Assembly: GCA_951406725.2 (NCBI GenBank)
Contig: OX597816.1
Location: 141,856,001-141,920,000, forward strand
DNA length: 64,000 bases
From: Octopus vulgaris
Taxonomy: Eukaryota
Direction: 5' to 3'
Shown here: positions 27,315-40,658 of the stretch, one piece after another
How the letters are laid out: each line of letters opens with the position of its first letter
Position numbering within the stretch: position 1 is the stretch's first letter
Program-made: the position numbers and the translations under genes
Notes under the pieces: generated by a model
The model's database searches: none
What the model was told of the DNA's origin: nothing
What the model saw: the letters and a program-made list of their open reading frames with translations, nothing else

Positions 27315-27641
27315 CTACCTTTGGATATCCTTAATACCATACCAAATTCTGGTGCCTTTAACTTAAATACCATATTCATCTGAATTAAAATTTTTACTTA
27401 ACTTATATATATATATATATATACTTAATAAAATAGGGTAATAATAAATTATTATTACCAGTGGCCTAGCACAAAAAAATGAATTAGTCATTAGACTATA
27501 TATAATTCATATAGAAATACAATAAGAGGCTTCCAAATAGGAAAGCGTTGTGCTAGAAAAAGCAGTAGAAATCTCAAGACCACAAAAAGGATAAATTCAT
27601 GAGAGGAATGAAAATTAAAAACGTTTACCATCTCAACTATT

Positions 27642-27711
27642 TCCCAGACCGACAGTTTCTAACTATTGCCAGCAAAAAAGTATTTGCTGAAGGCCAGTTT
27701 CTTCAGTGGGA
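27642..27711 (-). ncRNA. Type I hammerhead ribozyme
   Basis: Minus strand tccca-CTGAAGA-aact..cagcaaa..tttgctg..agtt-a-GAAAC-tgtcg-GTC-tggga. Perfect 5-bp stem I and a GUC cleavage triplet. Confidence 0.8.
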
Positions 27712-27924
27712 CAGCCTTTAGAATCCAGACATACGGACCGCTACATCTGATTTATTTCCTCATATGTGTTGTATGTCATAGGCACATACACATGTGTGTG
27801 TATGTGTGTGTGTGTGCATGTGTGTATATATTCATATATATATGTATGTGTATATATATATATTATATATATATATATATATATACACATATATACATAC
27901 ATATACACACACACACATATGTAC

Positions 27925-28006
<82 letters not shown>

Positions 28007-28008
28007 TT

Positions 28009-28060
<52 letters not shown>

Positions 28061-28063
<3 letters not shown>

Positions 28064-28211
28064 GATAGATAGATATACTTTTATTACAGCTGAAAAATTC
28101 TTCAGAAACTGTTATTCAGAGTTTCTTGTTGCCGTTTGTTGACCAGTATGTATGGTAATGTGAAACTCTGAGTACCAGTTTCTGAAGAATTTTTCAGCTA
28201 TAATAAAAGTA

Positions 28212-28230
<19 letters not shown>
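28061..28230. repeat. Hairpin formed by two inverted, decayed or partial HHR-element ends, flanked by mirrored (ATAG)n/(CTAT)n
   Basis: Arms 28061-28125 and 28162-28230 are reverse complements. GAAACTCTGAGTA matches stem III and the cleavage site of the HHR at 59567-59603. Confidence 0.8.
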
Positions 28231-28274
<44 letters not shown>

Positions 28275-28279
28275 ATATC

Positions 28280-28336
<57 letters not shown>

Positions 28337-28933
28337 AATATATACATATATACATATATATATGTATATGTATATATATAGACATATATATATACATATA
28401 TGTATGTATATGTATATATATGTTCTCTTTTATAAATCTCAGATTCCTGCAACTCTGACCTAGATTTTCTGTCACCACAGAAATAAACTATTCTGTGTAG
28501 GTTGTGTACTTACACCCTTTCCAATCAGTTGTCCCATAATGCCCTATTTGGGCGGTTTTCTGCTTCACTAACTTCTTTTAGCCAATATAATTCCAACATA
28601 GTAGTTTTGTGAAATGAACAGAAATGTGATCAGCATCTTCTCATATATCAGGAAATTATATCTACATTATTATGGATAAATTCATCGTCTCTGAGTATGA
28701 AATATCTCCTCATATCTCCAGAAATTACACCTGCATTATTATGGATGGATTTACCTTTTCTGTGAAGCTAACAAACTTTTTTAAAACCTTTTTTAAAACC
28801 TTTTATAAAACTGTGCATCATTAGAGAACTTTTGAAGTCTGCTTACAATCTAACTTTGCTTTTTATAGAACTCTCTTCGATACTTCATGAATGTAGCCTC
28901 ACCCCCTAGGATGTTTGGAAAGCTCATAGGTGT

Positions 28934-29022
28934 TTTGGCTGATGAATATGGGACACTTGTATTTGCTGCAATATTTGCAGCTTTTAATAAAGCTGTTCTT
29001 CGTATGAAACAATTGTACTGAA
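28934..29022 (+). ncRNA. Type I hammerhead ribozyme with branched stem II (same family as 58865-58951)
   Basis: tttgg-CTGATGA-atatg..cgtat-GAAAC-aatt-GTA-ctgaa, with a palindromic stem III (ACAATTGT). Lies inside a ~750-bp element at ~28420-29172. Confidence 0.82.
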
Positions 29023-29208
29023 CAACTAATCCATTCTTGTTGCTTTTTTCTTGTTTATAATCACCCCACATTATTTTATGGTTAATACCATATAGATTTC
29101 TGGTGCATCTAAGTTAAGTACCGCATTCATGTGAATTCATTGGAACTCACTTGAATCTTAATTGTTTTTACTGAATATATATATATATATAATTTATTAT
29201 ATAGAAGG

Positions 29209-29259
29209 AGCTTCTACAGGACTAGAACTGTTTCATTCAAGAGAAATCTTCAGGAAGCT
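29209..29259 (-). ncRNA. Type I hammerhead ribozyme at the left end of the giant palindrome
   Basis: Reverse complement of the HHR at 39526-39576. Confidence 0.8.
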
Positions 29260-29559
29260 AGTTAACAAGTTTTGTATTGGCATTTATACATTTAGGCAGG
29301 TTTAAAGGGGTGGTGGTGGGGGACTTTTTGGGGGTAGGCATAGCGCAAAAAAATCATACTTGGGGGAGTGGTCAAGGAGTCAGTGGTAAATTAGATAGAA
29401 GAATAAATAAAAGAATAAAAAAAAGGAGAATAAAAAAATATATAGAAGAATAGAGTTTTAGGTAAATAAGGAAAATCTCACTTATACCTATACACATATG
29501 TATACATATATACACACACACACACACATATACATACACACATACATACACACACACCC

Positions 29560-29590
<31 letters not shown>

Positions 29591-29604
29591 TACATACATA
29601 TATC

Positions 29605-29652
<48 letters not shown>

Positions 29653-30329
29653 CACATATACATGCATATACATATACACACACACATGTATATATACACA
29701 CACACGACCACACATACACATACACACAAAAAAATATATACATACACACACATACACATACACACATACACACATATATATATATCCACATACACACATG
29801 CACACACAACACACAAGTCTCTATATACTCATATATACATATACACATACATGTATATATACATATATACATATATATATATACATACATATGTGTACCT
29901 ATTCATACCTACACATACACACATATATACATACAAATACAAACCCATTCCCTAATTTTAATTTTATTATCTTCATTTATTACTTTTGTTATCTTTGACC
30001 GCTGGTCACAAGCATCTTGGCTACGACAGCTAGTCCCTTTTATCTTTCTACTTGAGCACAAGCACTCACTCATGCACGCACACTCCTTAGCACGCACACT
30101 CACTCATTCGTACACTCATACACATACACGCACGCATTATATTCATACATACATACATCTACATACATACACGTATATACACATACGTACGCGTACCTAC
30201 AGATTCATGTCTACAATCTTAGAAGACTAGTCTATACATATACACCAATAAATATATATACACACATACATATACACCTACATACAAATACATACATACA
30301 TATATATACACACACATATACATACACAT

Positions 30330-30370
<41 letters not shown>

Positions 30371-30515
30371 TACATACATATCCGCATACATACATACATA
30401 CATACACCCATACATACATACATATATACACACATACACCCACCCACACGTATACATATACATACATATACGCGCATGCATACACATACAAATACATACA
30501 CATACACATATACAT

Positions 30516-30566
<51 letters not shown>

Positions 30567-30939
30567 CATACATATACATACATACATATACATATATACA
30601 CACACACATACATACACATATACACATACATGCACATACACATATACATGCGTACCCATACACACACACACACACGCGCATCCATATATACACATAAGTA
30701 CACACATGCGTAAAAGTATACATATATCTATGCTTACACATACACACAGACACACGCCACACCTTATGTTCATACTTACATGCATACTCAAAAAATAAGT
30801 AATAAAATATATATACGTGCAGTTATTCATACATGCATACTCAAAAAATAAATAATAAATAATAAATAATGAATAATAAATATTAAGTATATATACGTGC
30901 AGTTACCTATTATACAGACGGATACATACATATAAACTT

Positions 30940-31006
<67 letters not shown>

Positions 31007-31155
31007 CTTACACATATGTACATATACATACACACATACATAACTCTACGTACCTACATATACCTAAACACACGAGCGTACACGTATATGTACATATACA
31101 CATACACATACACACACATATATATACATACATACATATACATACACGCATATAT

Positions 31156-31215
<60 letters not shown>

Positions 31216-31263
31216 TCACATACACACATATATACATACATATACATACACACACATACACAT

Positions 31264-31322
<59 letters not shown>

Positions 31323-31449
31323 TATATATACATATACACATACATACATACACATACATATACATATACACACATACACACACACACATACATATATACA
31401 CACACACATACATATACATACACACATACATACATATATATATACACAT

Positions 31450-31510
<61 letters not shown>

Positions 31511-31611
31511 CATGTGTGCAAACATACATACATACTCATACACACTCACACACTTACATATACATATATACACACACTTACACACATATATATGTATATA
31601 TATATATATAT

Positions 31612-31642
<31 letters not shown>

Positions 31643-31704
31643 CATACATACACATACATATATATACACACATACACATATGTACACATACACACACATA
31701 TATT

Positions 31705-31742
<38 letters not shown>

Positions 31743-31971
31743 CACACACATATATATATATACATATATACACACATACATATATATATATACACATACA
31801 CACACACATATATATATACCCACACCTACACATACACACATATATACATATATACATACATATACACACATACACACACACACACATATATGTACATACA
31901 TACACATACACATACATATACATATACATATACATATACACATGCACATACGTATAACTCTACATACCCAC

Positions 31972-32020
<49 letters not shown>

Positions 32021-32172
32021 TATATACACATACACACATGCATATATACACACACATATATATACCCATCTACAATCTGTATATACACACACATAACTCT
32101 ACATACCTACATATACATCGACATACTCGCGTACACTCATATATATATATATATATATACACATACACATAC

Positions 32173-32216
<44 letters not shown>

Positions 32217-32248
32217 ATATATATATATACACACGCACATATATATAC

Positions 32249-32285
<37 letters not shown>

Positions 32286-32288
32286 TAC

Positions 32289-32348
<60 letters not shown>

Positions 32349-32629
32349 ACAATTGAGGGTAAAGTTAATTAGTTATTAATCAATTTCACCAAGTATTCAG
32401 TATGTAAAAGGACCATTATTTTTTTGAGTAAACATTGTCTGAGAGAAAATTTTCTTTAAGTAGTGGAAAAGGCTAAAAAACTTATTTGGCTGCTATTTCT
32501 AGAAAGTTCAGTATGTGGCAAAGTAATTTATTTTACTAAGCCCTAATTATATAATATTTTATATATACATACACATACATACACACATACATATACACAT
32601 ACATATGCATACACACATATATACATATA

Positions 32630-32661
<32 letters not shown>

Positions 32662-32870
32662 TACATATATATATATATTTTTTACATACATACACACACA
32701 CACACACATAATACATGCGTATATTCCTACTATACCCATACATTTCTATACATATATACGATACACACATACAAGCGTGCACATACAATATGTGAAAGGT
32801 CTTAGGAGAAAAGGTAGTCGGGGGTGCTAGGGGAACGGTGGGATTGGGGGGGTTTGTGGGTGGGGTGTCA

Positions 32871-33405
32871 TCAATCTGGTTGCCGGGTAGGTCTATAGTT
32901 CTTGTAGTTTGCATAATTCTTATGCATGCAATTTGGGGAGTGTTCTGAGATCTTGTTAAGGAGAGGGCCTTTGGCGAACAAGATCTCTAGGCTCTCCGAA
33001 ATGCAAAGGTCACAGCAGGTATGGCCTCCTGTGTACGAACGCGCTTTCTGTAGTAGTTTCCACTTGGTCTTGAAGGGGATGGAGTTCCTTTTAAGGTACC
33101 AGATGTGGGCGGCGAGGGTAGTTTGGTTGGATTTATCCGGTCGCCGGAACGAGTGTGTGTGTGCGTACCAACGGGTCTTAAAGCTGTTTGACGTCATTCC
33201 GATGTAGGAGGGCCTGATCTTTTGTATATCTCTGTAGCAGTTTGTTGAGGGGCAGGTGGTTTCGTCAGGGCCAATTGATCTTGGATGTAGTAGATATGTT
33301 AAGTTTTTTCACATTGTTGTTGGCTAGGTTCCTGGCTAGATTGGGCGTGGTAGAGTAGGAGAGTCTAATAGTGTTCTTATTTAGGATAGTGTAGTACTTA
33401 TGTTG
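32871..33405 (-). pseudogene. Penelope-like (Neptune-type) GIY-YIG endonuclease fragment, left copy
   Basis: YIGMTSNSFKTRWYAHTHSF..LAAHIWYLK..CDLCISESLEI..LLNKISE..CMH. Multiple small deletions at ~33208-33295. Confidence 0.9.
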
Positions 33406-33418
33406 TAGTACTTATGCT

Positions 33419-34064
33419 ACACCTGTAGCTAAAATCTTCTTCACTCTCCTACAGAAACACTTCCCCACCCAACATAAGTACTACACTATCCTAAATAAGA
33501 ACACTATTAGACTCTCCTACTCTACCACGCCCAATCTAGCCAGGAACCTAGCCAACAACAATGTGAAAAAACTTAACATATCTACTTTTTCCGAGGCCCA
33601 TCCAACGTCCGATAGCAATTGCAACTGCCCTGATAAAACCACCTGCCCCCTCAACAACAACTGCCTACAGAGGGACCTAGTATATACATGCGAGGTAAGA
33701 TCAGGCCCTGACGATAAAAGAAAATCCTACATCGGAATGACGTCAAACAGCTTTAAGACCCGTTGGTACGCACACACACACTCGTTCCGGCGACCGGATA
33801 AATCCAACCAAACTACCCTCGCCACCCACATCTGGTACCTTAAAAGGAACTCCATCCCCTTCAAGATCCAAGTGGAAACTACTACAGAAAGCGCGTTCGT
33901 ACACAGGAGGCCATACCTGCTGTGACCTTTGCATTTCGGAGAGCCTAGAGATCTTGTTCGCCAAAGGCCCTCTCCTTAACAAGATCTCAGAACACTCCCC
34001 AAATTGCATGCATAAGAATTATGCAAACTACAAGAACTATAGACCTACCCGGCAACCAGATTGA
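33419..34064 (+). pseudogene. Penelope-like (Neptune-type) linker + GIY-YIG endonuclease fragment, right copy, 5'-truncated
   Basis: KHFPTQH..NKNTIRLSYSTTPN, Cys-rich CNCP..CPL..CL, then LVY(x13)SYIGMT..R..H. One +1 frameshift at ~33869. Confidence 0.92.
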
Positions 34065-34272
34065 TGACACCCCACCCACAAACCCCCCCAATCCCACTGT
34101 TCCCCTATTACCCCCGACTACCTTTTCTCCTAAGACCTTTCACATATTGTATGTGCACGCTTGTATATGTGTATCGTATATATGTATAGAAATGTATGGG
34201 TATAGTAGGAATATACGCATGTATTATGTGTGTGTGTGTGTGTATGTATGTAAAAAAATATATATATATGTA

Positions 34273-34306
<34 letters not shown>

Positions 34307-34585
34307 TATATGTATATATGTGTGTATGCATATGTATGTGTATATGTATGTGTGTATGTATGTGTATGTATATATAAAATATTATATAATTAGGGCTTAG
34401 TAAAATAAATTACTTTGCCACATACTGAACTTTCTAGAAATAGCAGCCAAATAAGTTTTTTAGCCTTTTCCACTACTTAAAGAAAATTTTCTCTCAGACA
34501 ATGTTTACTCAAAAATAATGGTCCTTTTACATACTGAATACTTGGTGAAATTGATTAATAACTAATTAACTTTACACTCAATTGT

Positions 34586-34675
<90 letters not shown>

Positions 34676-34704
34676 GTATATATATGTGCGTGTGTATATA
34701 TATA

Positions 34705-34749
<45 letters not shown>

Positions 34750-34955
34750 GTATGTGTATGTGTATATATATATATATATATGAGTGTACGCGAGTATGTC
34801 GATGTATATGTAGGTATGTAGAGTTATGTGTATGTGCATGTATGTGTGTGTATATACAGATTGTAGATGGGTATATATATGTGTGTGTATATATGCATGT
34901 GTGTATGTATATATATGTGTGTGTATATATATATATGTATGTATATATATATATC

Positions 34956-35418
34956 TCTGACAAAGGATATTTAAAACATTTCTAAAAATAACCCAACAAT
35001 TGCTGCTTCGGCCAGGGTCAAGATACAGGACTCTTGACCTGTCCAACAAAGCGTGATGCCTAAACCAATCAGCTCAACCAACCAATCAGCTTAAGTAATT
35101 GAGTGATACTACACACTGATTGGTCAGAATACAGTTTGCAAAACCTAGCACTCTGGAGCCTACCCAGCTGTATTTATAGCACAGAATCACTCATCTTGCT
35201 ACAGTCAAAAATTGTGAAGCATGACTGTCAACACTACTACATGAACCCGAAGATTGCAGAATTCAATGCATGAAAGTACTAGTTCAATCAGAATGAATAT
35301 TTAACATTCTACTATTTCATTTTATTTTATTCAATTATAATATATTATCTTATAATATATCATTATAAGATTGTAAATAAAACGTGAAAATCAGACAAGG
35401 TTGGAATTCTTTTTATTA
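34956..35418 (+). mobile_element. ~460-bp non-coding HHR-bearing element inserted in (TA)n of the right arm only
   Basis: Absent from the corresponding left-arm position (~31980-32010). Contains the HHR at 35242-35286. Confidence 0.8.
35242..35286 (+). ncRNA. Minimal type I hammerhead ribozyme, CCGAAGA core variant
   Basis: tgaac-CCGAAGA-t-tgca(gaattcaa)tgca-t-GAAA-gtac-TA-gttca. Perfect stem I and a palindromic stem III (AGTACT). Confidence 0.7.
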
Positions 35419-35677
35419 ATATATATATATATATGTATATGTGGGTATGTAGAGTTATACGTATGTGCATGTGTATATGTATATGTATATGTATATGTAT
35501 GTGTATGTGTATGTATGTACATATATGTGTGTGTGTGTGTATGTGTGTATATGTATGTATATATGTATATATGAGTGTATGTGTAGGTGTGGGTATATAT
35601 ATATGTGTGTGTGTGTATGTGTATATATATATATGTATGTGTGTATATATGTATATATATATATGTGTGTGTATATG

Positions 35678-35708
<31 letters not shown>

Positions 35709-35903
35709 GTGAATATGTGTGTGTATGTGTACATATGTGTATGTGTGTATATATATGTATGTATATGTATGTATATATATATATATTTATATGTATGTAT
35801 ATATATATATATATATATACATATATATGTGTGTAAGTGTGTGTATATATGTATATGTAAGTGTGTGAGTGTGTATGAGTATGTATGTATGTTTGCACAC
35901 ATG

Positions 35904-35966
<63 letters not shown>

Positions 35967-36100
35967 GTATGTGTATATATATGTGTATGTATGTGTGTAT
36001 GTATATGTATGTGTGTGTGTGTGTATATATGTATGTGTGTGTGTGTATGTGTGTATATGTATATGTATGTGTATGTATGTATGTGTATATGTATATATAT

Positions 36101-37488
36101 GTTGGTGAGATCTCGAATAACCCAATTTCTGGAAAGCAACAGACGGCTGATCTCCAACCAACATGGGTTCCGTAATGGAAGGGACTGCCTAACGCAGCTC
36201 CTGCATCACTTTGAGGACATTTTGAGAGCTTTGGGAGAGGGCTCCAACACCGATGTCATCTACCTTGATTTCAGTAAGGCCTTCGACAGGGTCGATCACA
36301 AGATCCTATTGAAAAAACTATCCAACATTGGTGTCTCTGGAAAGTTACTGAAATGGATTAAGTGTTTCCTGACAGACAGATCTCAACATGTTGTAGTTGA
36401 AGGGGTAAAATCAAGCCCAGCCAAAGTCAGTAGTGGCGTTCCGCAAGGCACTGTGCTGGGCCCACTTCTTTTCATCATTTACATTAATGACATTAATGAC
36501 ATCATCAAGCACAGCAACATAAAAATCTTTGCAGATGACTCCAAGCTACAGAAGGTCATAAATGAGGCGAGTGACCGGACATGCCTTCAGTCAGATCTAC
36601 TGGCTGTTATCCAATGGGCAGAAAAAAACAATATTGTGCTGAACGAGGATAAATTTGAGCTAATCCACTTTGGAAAAGAGGATGCCCTGAAACTCCCATA
36701 CTCCCTTCCTTCAGGTGAAACTCTCGCGGCGTCCAACAACATCAGAGACTTGGGAGTAATTGTGGACAACAACATAAGCTGGGCCACTCATATAAACACC
36801 AAAGTTGACATGGCCCGCAGAATGTGTTCCTGGATTCTCAGAACTTTCCAGTCGAGAGATATCCACACCATTATCCTTCTCTTCTCCACTTTTGTCCGAC
36901 CCCACCTTGAATACTGTTGTCCACTGTGGTCTCCCCACACAATACAAGATATCATAAAAGTTGAAGCACCTCAAAGGGCAATCACAAAAAAGATAGATGG
37001 CATGACAGGCCTCGACTATTGGGGTCGACTAGAAAAGCTAAAATTCTATTCTCTCCAACGTCGTCGTGAGCGCTACATCATCTGCATGATGTGGAAAATA
37101 TTCCATCAGCATTGCCCAAATGATGTTGGCATCACCTTTAAGGTACATCCAAGGCTTGGGCCCCGTGCCATCCGCCCAAAACAAAAATCGCACTCTCATC
37201 TCATAACAACAATACGGCACAATTATTTCACCTCAATTGGCCCCGCTCTCTTTAACATTACACCAAAACACATTAAAACAGAAACTGACCCTATAGGGTT
37301 CAAGAAATCTTTGGACAGATTCCTTCAAGAAATCCCAGATAAACCCCCTACACCCGGATATGTCTCTGTAAACAATAACTCTCTACTTGAGTGGGCCATA
37401 GTGCCCAAATTCTGACTTGAAAGACTTCACCAGGTGGTGCTATTAAGTTAGACATGGCCTGGGCCAATAATGGCCGAAACCTATCAAA
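36101..37488 (+). mobile_element. Young 5'-truncated CR1-group LINE; uninterrupted RT frame to the stop at 37415
   Basis: [40 protein letters not shown] and RPHLEYC. Short 3' UTR with a GGCCA-ATAA-TGGCC hairpin. Inserted in a microsatellite. Confidence 0.93.
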
Positions 37489-37532
<44 letters not shown>

Positions 37533-37581
37533 ATGTGTATGTGTGTGTATGTATATGTATGTATATATGTGTGTATGTGTG

Positions 37582-37646
<65 letters not shown>

Positions 37647-37793
37647 ATATATGCGTGTATGTATATGTATGTATGTATATATATGTGTGTGTATGTGTAT
37701 GTGTATATGTACATATACGTGTACGCTCGTGTGTTTAGGTATATGTAGGTACGTAGAGTTATGTATGTGTGTATGTATATGTACATATGTGTA

Positions 37794-37845
<52 letters not shown>

Positions 37846-38224
37846 GTGTGTGTAAGTTTATATGTATGTATCCGTCTGTATAATAGGTAACTGCACGTAT
37901 ATATACTTAATATTTATTATTCATTATTTATTATTTATCATTTATTTTTTGAGTATGCATGTATGAATAACTGCACGTATATATATTTTATTACTTATTT
38001 TTTGAGTATGCATGTAAGTATGAACATAAGGAGTGGCGTGTGTCTGTGTGTATGTGTAAGCATAGATATATGTATACTCTTACGCATGTGTGTACTTATG
38101 TGTATACATGGATGCGCGTGTGTGTGTGTGTATGGGTACGCATGTATATGTGTATGTGCATGTATGTGTATATGTGTATGTATGTGTGTGTGTATATATG
38201 TATATGTATGTATGTATATGTATG

Positions 38225-38265
<41 letters not shown>

Positions 38266-39134
38266 ATGTATATGTGTATGTGTATGTATTTGTATGTGTA
38301 TGCATGCGCGTATATGTATGTATATGTATACGTGTGGGTGGGTGTATGTGTGTATATATGTATGTATGTATGGGTGTATGTATGTATGTATGTATGCGGA
38401 TATGTATGTATATATGTATATATATATATATATGTGTGTGTGTGTATGTGTATGTATATATGTGTGTGTATATATATGTATGTATGTATTTGTATGTAGG
38501 TGTATATGTATGTGTGTATATATATTTATTGGTGTATATGTATAGACTAGTCTTCTAAGATTGTAGACATGAATCTGTAGGTACGCGTACGTATGTGTAT
38601 ATACGTGTATGTATGTAGATGTATGTATGTATGAATATAACGCGTGCGTGCGTGTATGTGTATGAGTGTACGAATGAGTGAGTGTGCGTGCTAAGGAGTG
38701 TGCGTGCATGAGTGAGTGCTTGTGCTCAAGTAGAAAGATAAAAGGGACTAGCTGTCGTAGCCAAGATGCTTGTGACCAGCGGTCAAAGATAACAAAAGTA
38801 ATAAATGAAGATAATAAAATTAAAATTAGGGAATGGGTTTGTATTTGTATGTATATATGTGTGTATGTGTAGGTATGAATAGGTACACATATGTATGTAT
38901 ATATATATATGTATATATATATGTATATATACATGTATGTGTATATGTATATATGAGTATATAGAGACTTGTGTGTTGTGTGTGCATGTGTGTATGTGGA
39001 TATATATATGTGTGTGTATGTGTGTATGTGTATGTGTGTGTATGTATATATTTTTTTGTGTGTATGTGTATGTGTGGTCGTGTGTGTGTGTATATATACA
39101 TGTGTGTGTGTATATGTATATGCATGTATATGTG

Positions 39135-39176
<42 letters not shown>

Positions 39177-39190
39177 GATATATGTATGTA

Positions 39191-39225
<35 letters not shown>

Positions 39226-39525
39226 GGGTGTGTGTGTATGTATGTGTGTATGTATATGTGTGTGTGTGTGTGTATATATGTATACATATGTGTATAGGTA
39301 TAAGTGAGATTTTCCTTATTTACCTAAAACTCTATTCTTCTATATATTTTTTTATTCCCCTTTTTTTTATTCTTTTATTTATTCTTCTATCTAATTTACC
39401 ACTGACTCCTTGACCACTACCCCAAGTATGATTTTTTTGCGCTATGCCTACCCCCAAAAAGTCCCCAACCACCACCCCTTTAAACCTGCCTAAATGTATA
39501 AATGCCAATACAATTCTTGTTAACT

Positions 39526-39576
39526 AGCTTCCTGAAGATTTCTCTTGAATGAAACAGTTCTAGTCCTGTAGAAGCT
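39526..39576 (+). ncRNA. Type I hammerhead ribozyme at the right end of the giant palindrome
   Basis: agcttc-CTGAAGA-t-ttc(tctt)gaa-t-GAAA-cag(ttctagtc)ctg-TA-gaagct. 6-bp stem I and 4-bp stem III; cleavage after GUA at 39570. Confidence 0.82.
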
Positions 39577-39662
39577 CCTTCTATATAATAAATTAATTTT
39601 ACTCTGCTATGTATTGAGTACCTTATTTACTGTGGTTAACCCCGAATCAACCCGGGACCTAC

Positions 39663-39699
<37 letters not shown>

Positions 39700-40355
39700 C
39701 ATATATATATACACATATATATATATACACATATATATATATATATATATATGCATATATATATAGGTATTTATATATATATATATATACATATACACAT
39801 GTACACACATGCACACAAACACACACACACACTCTCATATATATATATACACATACATATGTATATATAGATATATAAATATATATATATATCCACTTAT
39901 GTTCATATACTTACACATATATATCTATCTGTTTCTCTGTCTATCTATATATCCATCCTTTCATACATATATATGTGGAGGGGTGGGTATATGCACATAC
40001 TTCACAAGCTTACACTTGTCCAGTTTTGTGTTGCCTAGCAACCTCTAGAAAACATGACAAAATTTGTCTCACTTATTTTAGATCTGCTTGAATCTGGACT
40101 AGCCACTAAACATTAGTTGTTTCTTTTACTTTTGCTTCATTTTAATCTATTCTGAAGTATATTAAGAATAAAAATCAAATTTTAAAAAACTTTCAGTATT
40201 TTCCTTCTATTTCAGCAGTTTTGATAATTATATTAATATGATTTTTGTTAAATTTTCTTATGAAACTTGTATTTTCCTTTTCAGTATCTTTTGCCTGAGT
40301 TTTGCTTGTTTTGACATTGTATAGCTTAACATTAGCTCATTACTGATTCATTTAC

Positions 40356-40512
40356 TCATGTGTGTTGTATGTCATAGGCACATACACATGTGTGTGTATG
40401 TGTGTGTGTGGTGCATGTGTGTATATATTCATATATATATATGTGTATATATATATTATATATACTTACATATATACACACATATATACATACATATATA
40501 CACACACACATA

Positions 40513-40599
<87 letters not shown>

Positions 40600-40627
40600 G
40601 TATATATATATATACACACACACACAC

Positions 40628-40658
<31 letters not shown>

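Larger units (their letters stand above)
29191..39594. repeat. ~10.4 kb inverted repeat (left arm 29191-33405, right arm 33470-39594) centred on Penelope-like endonuclease fragments
   Basis: Unique blocks and microsatellite patterns are collinear reverse complements. The right arm carries two extra insertions. Confidence 0.93.

Noticed and set aside
35433-36100. N-terminal third of the 660-aa ORF as a fusion domain on the RT
   Set aside because: It is microsatellite that happens to be in frame with a 5'-truncated LINE.
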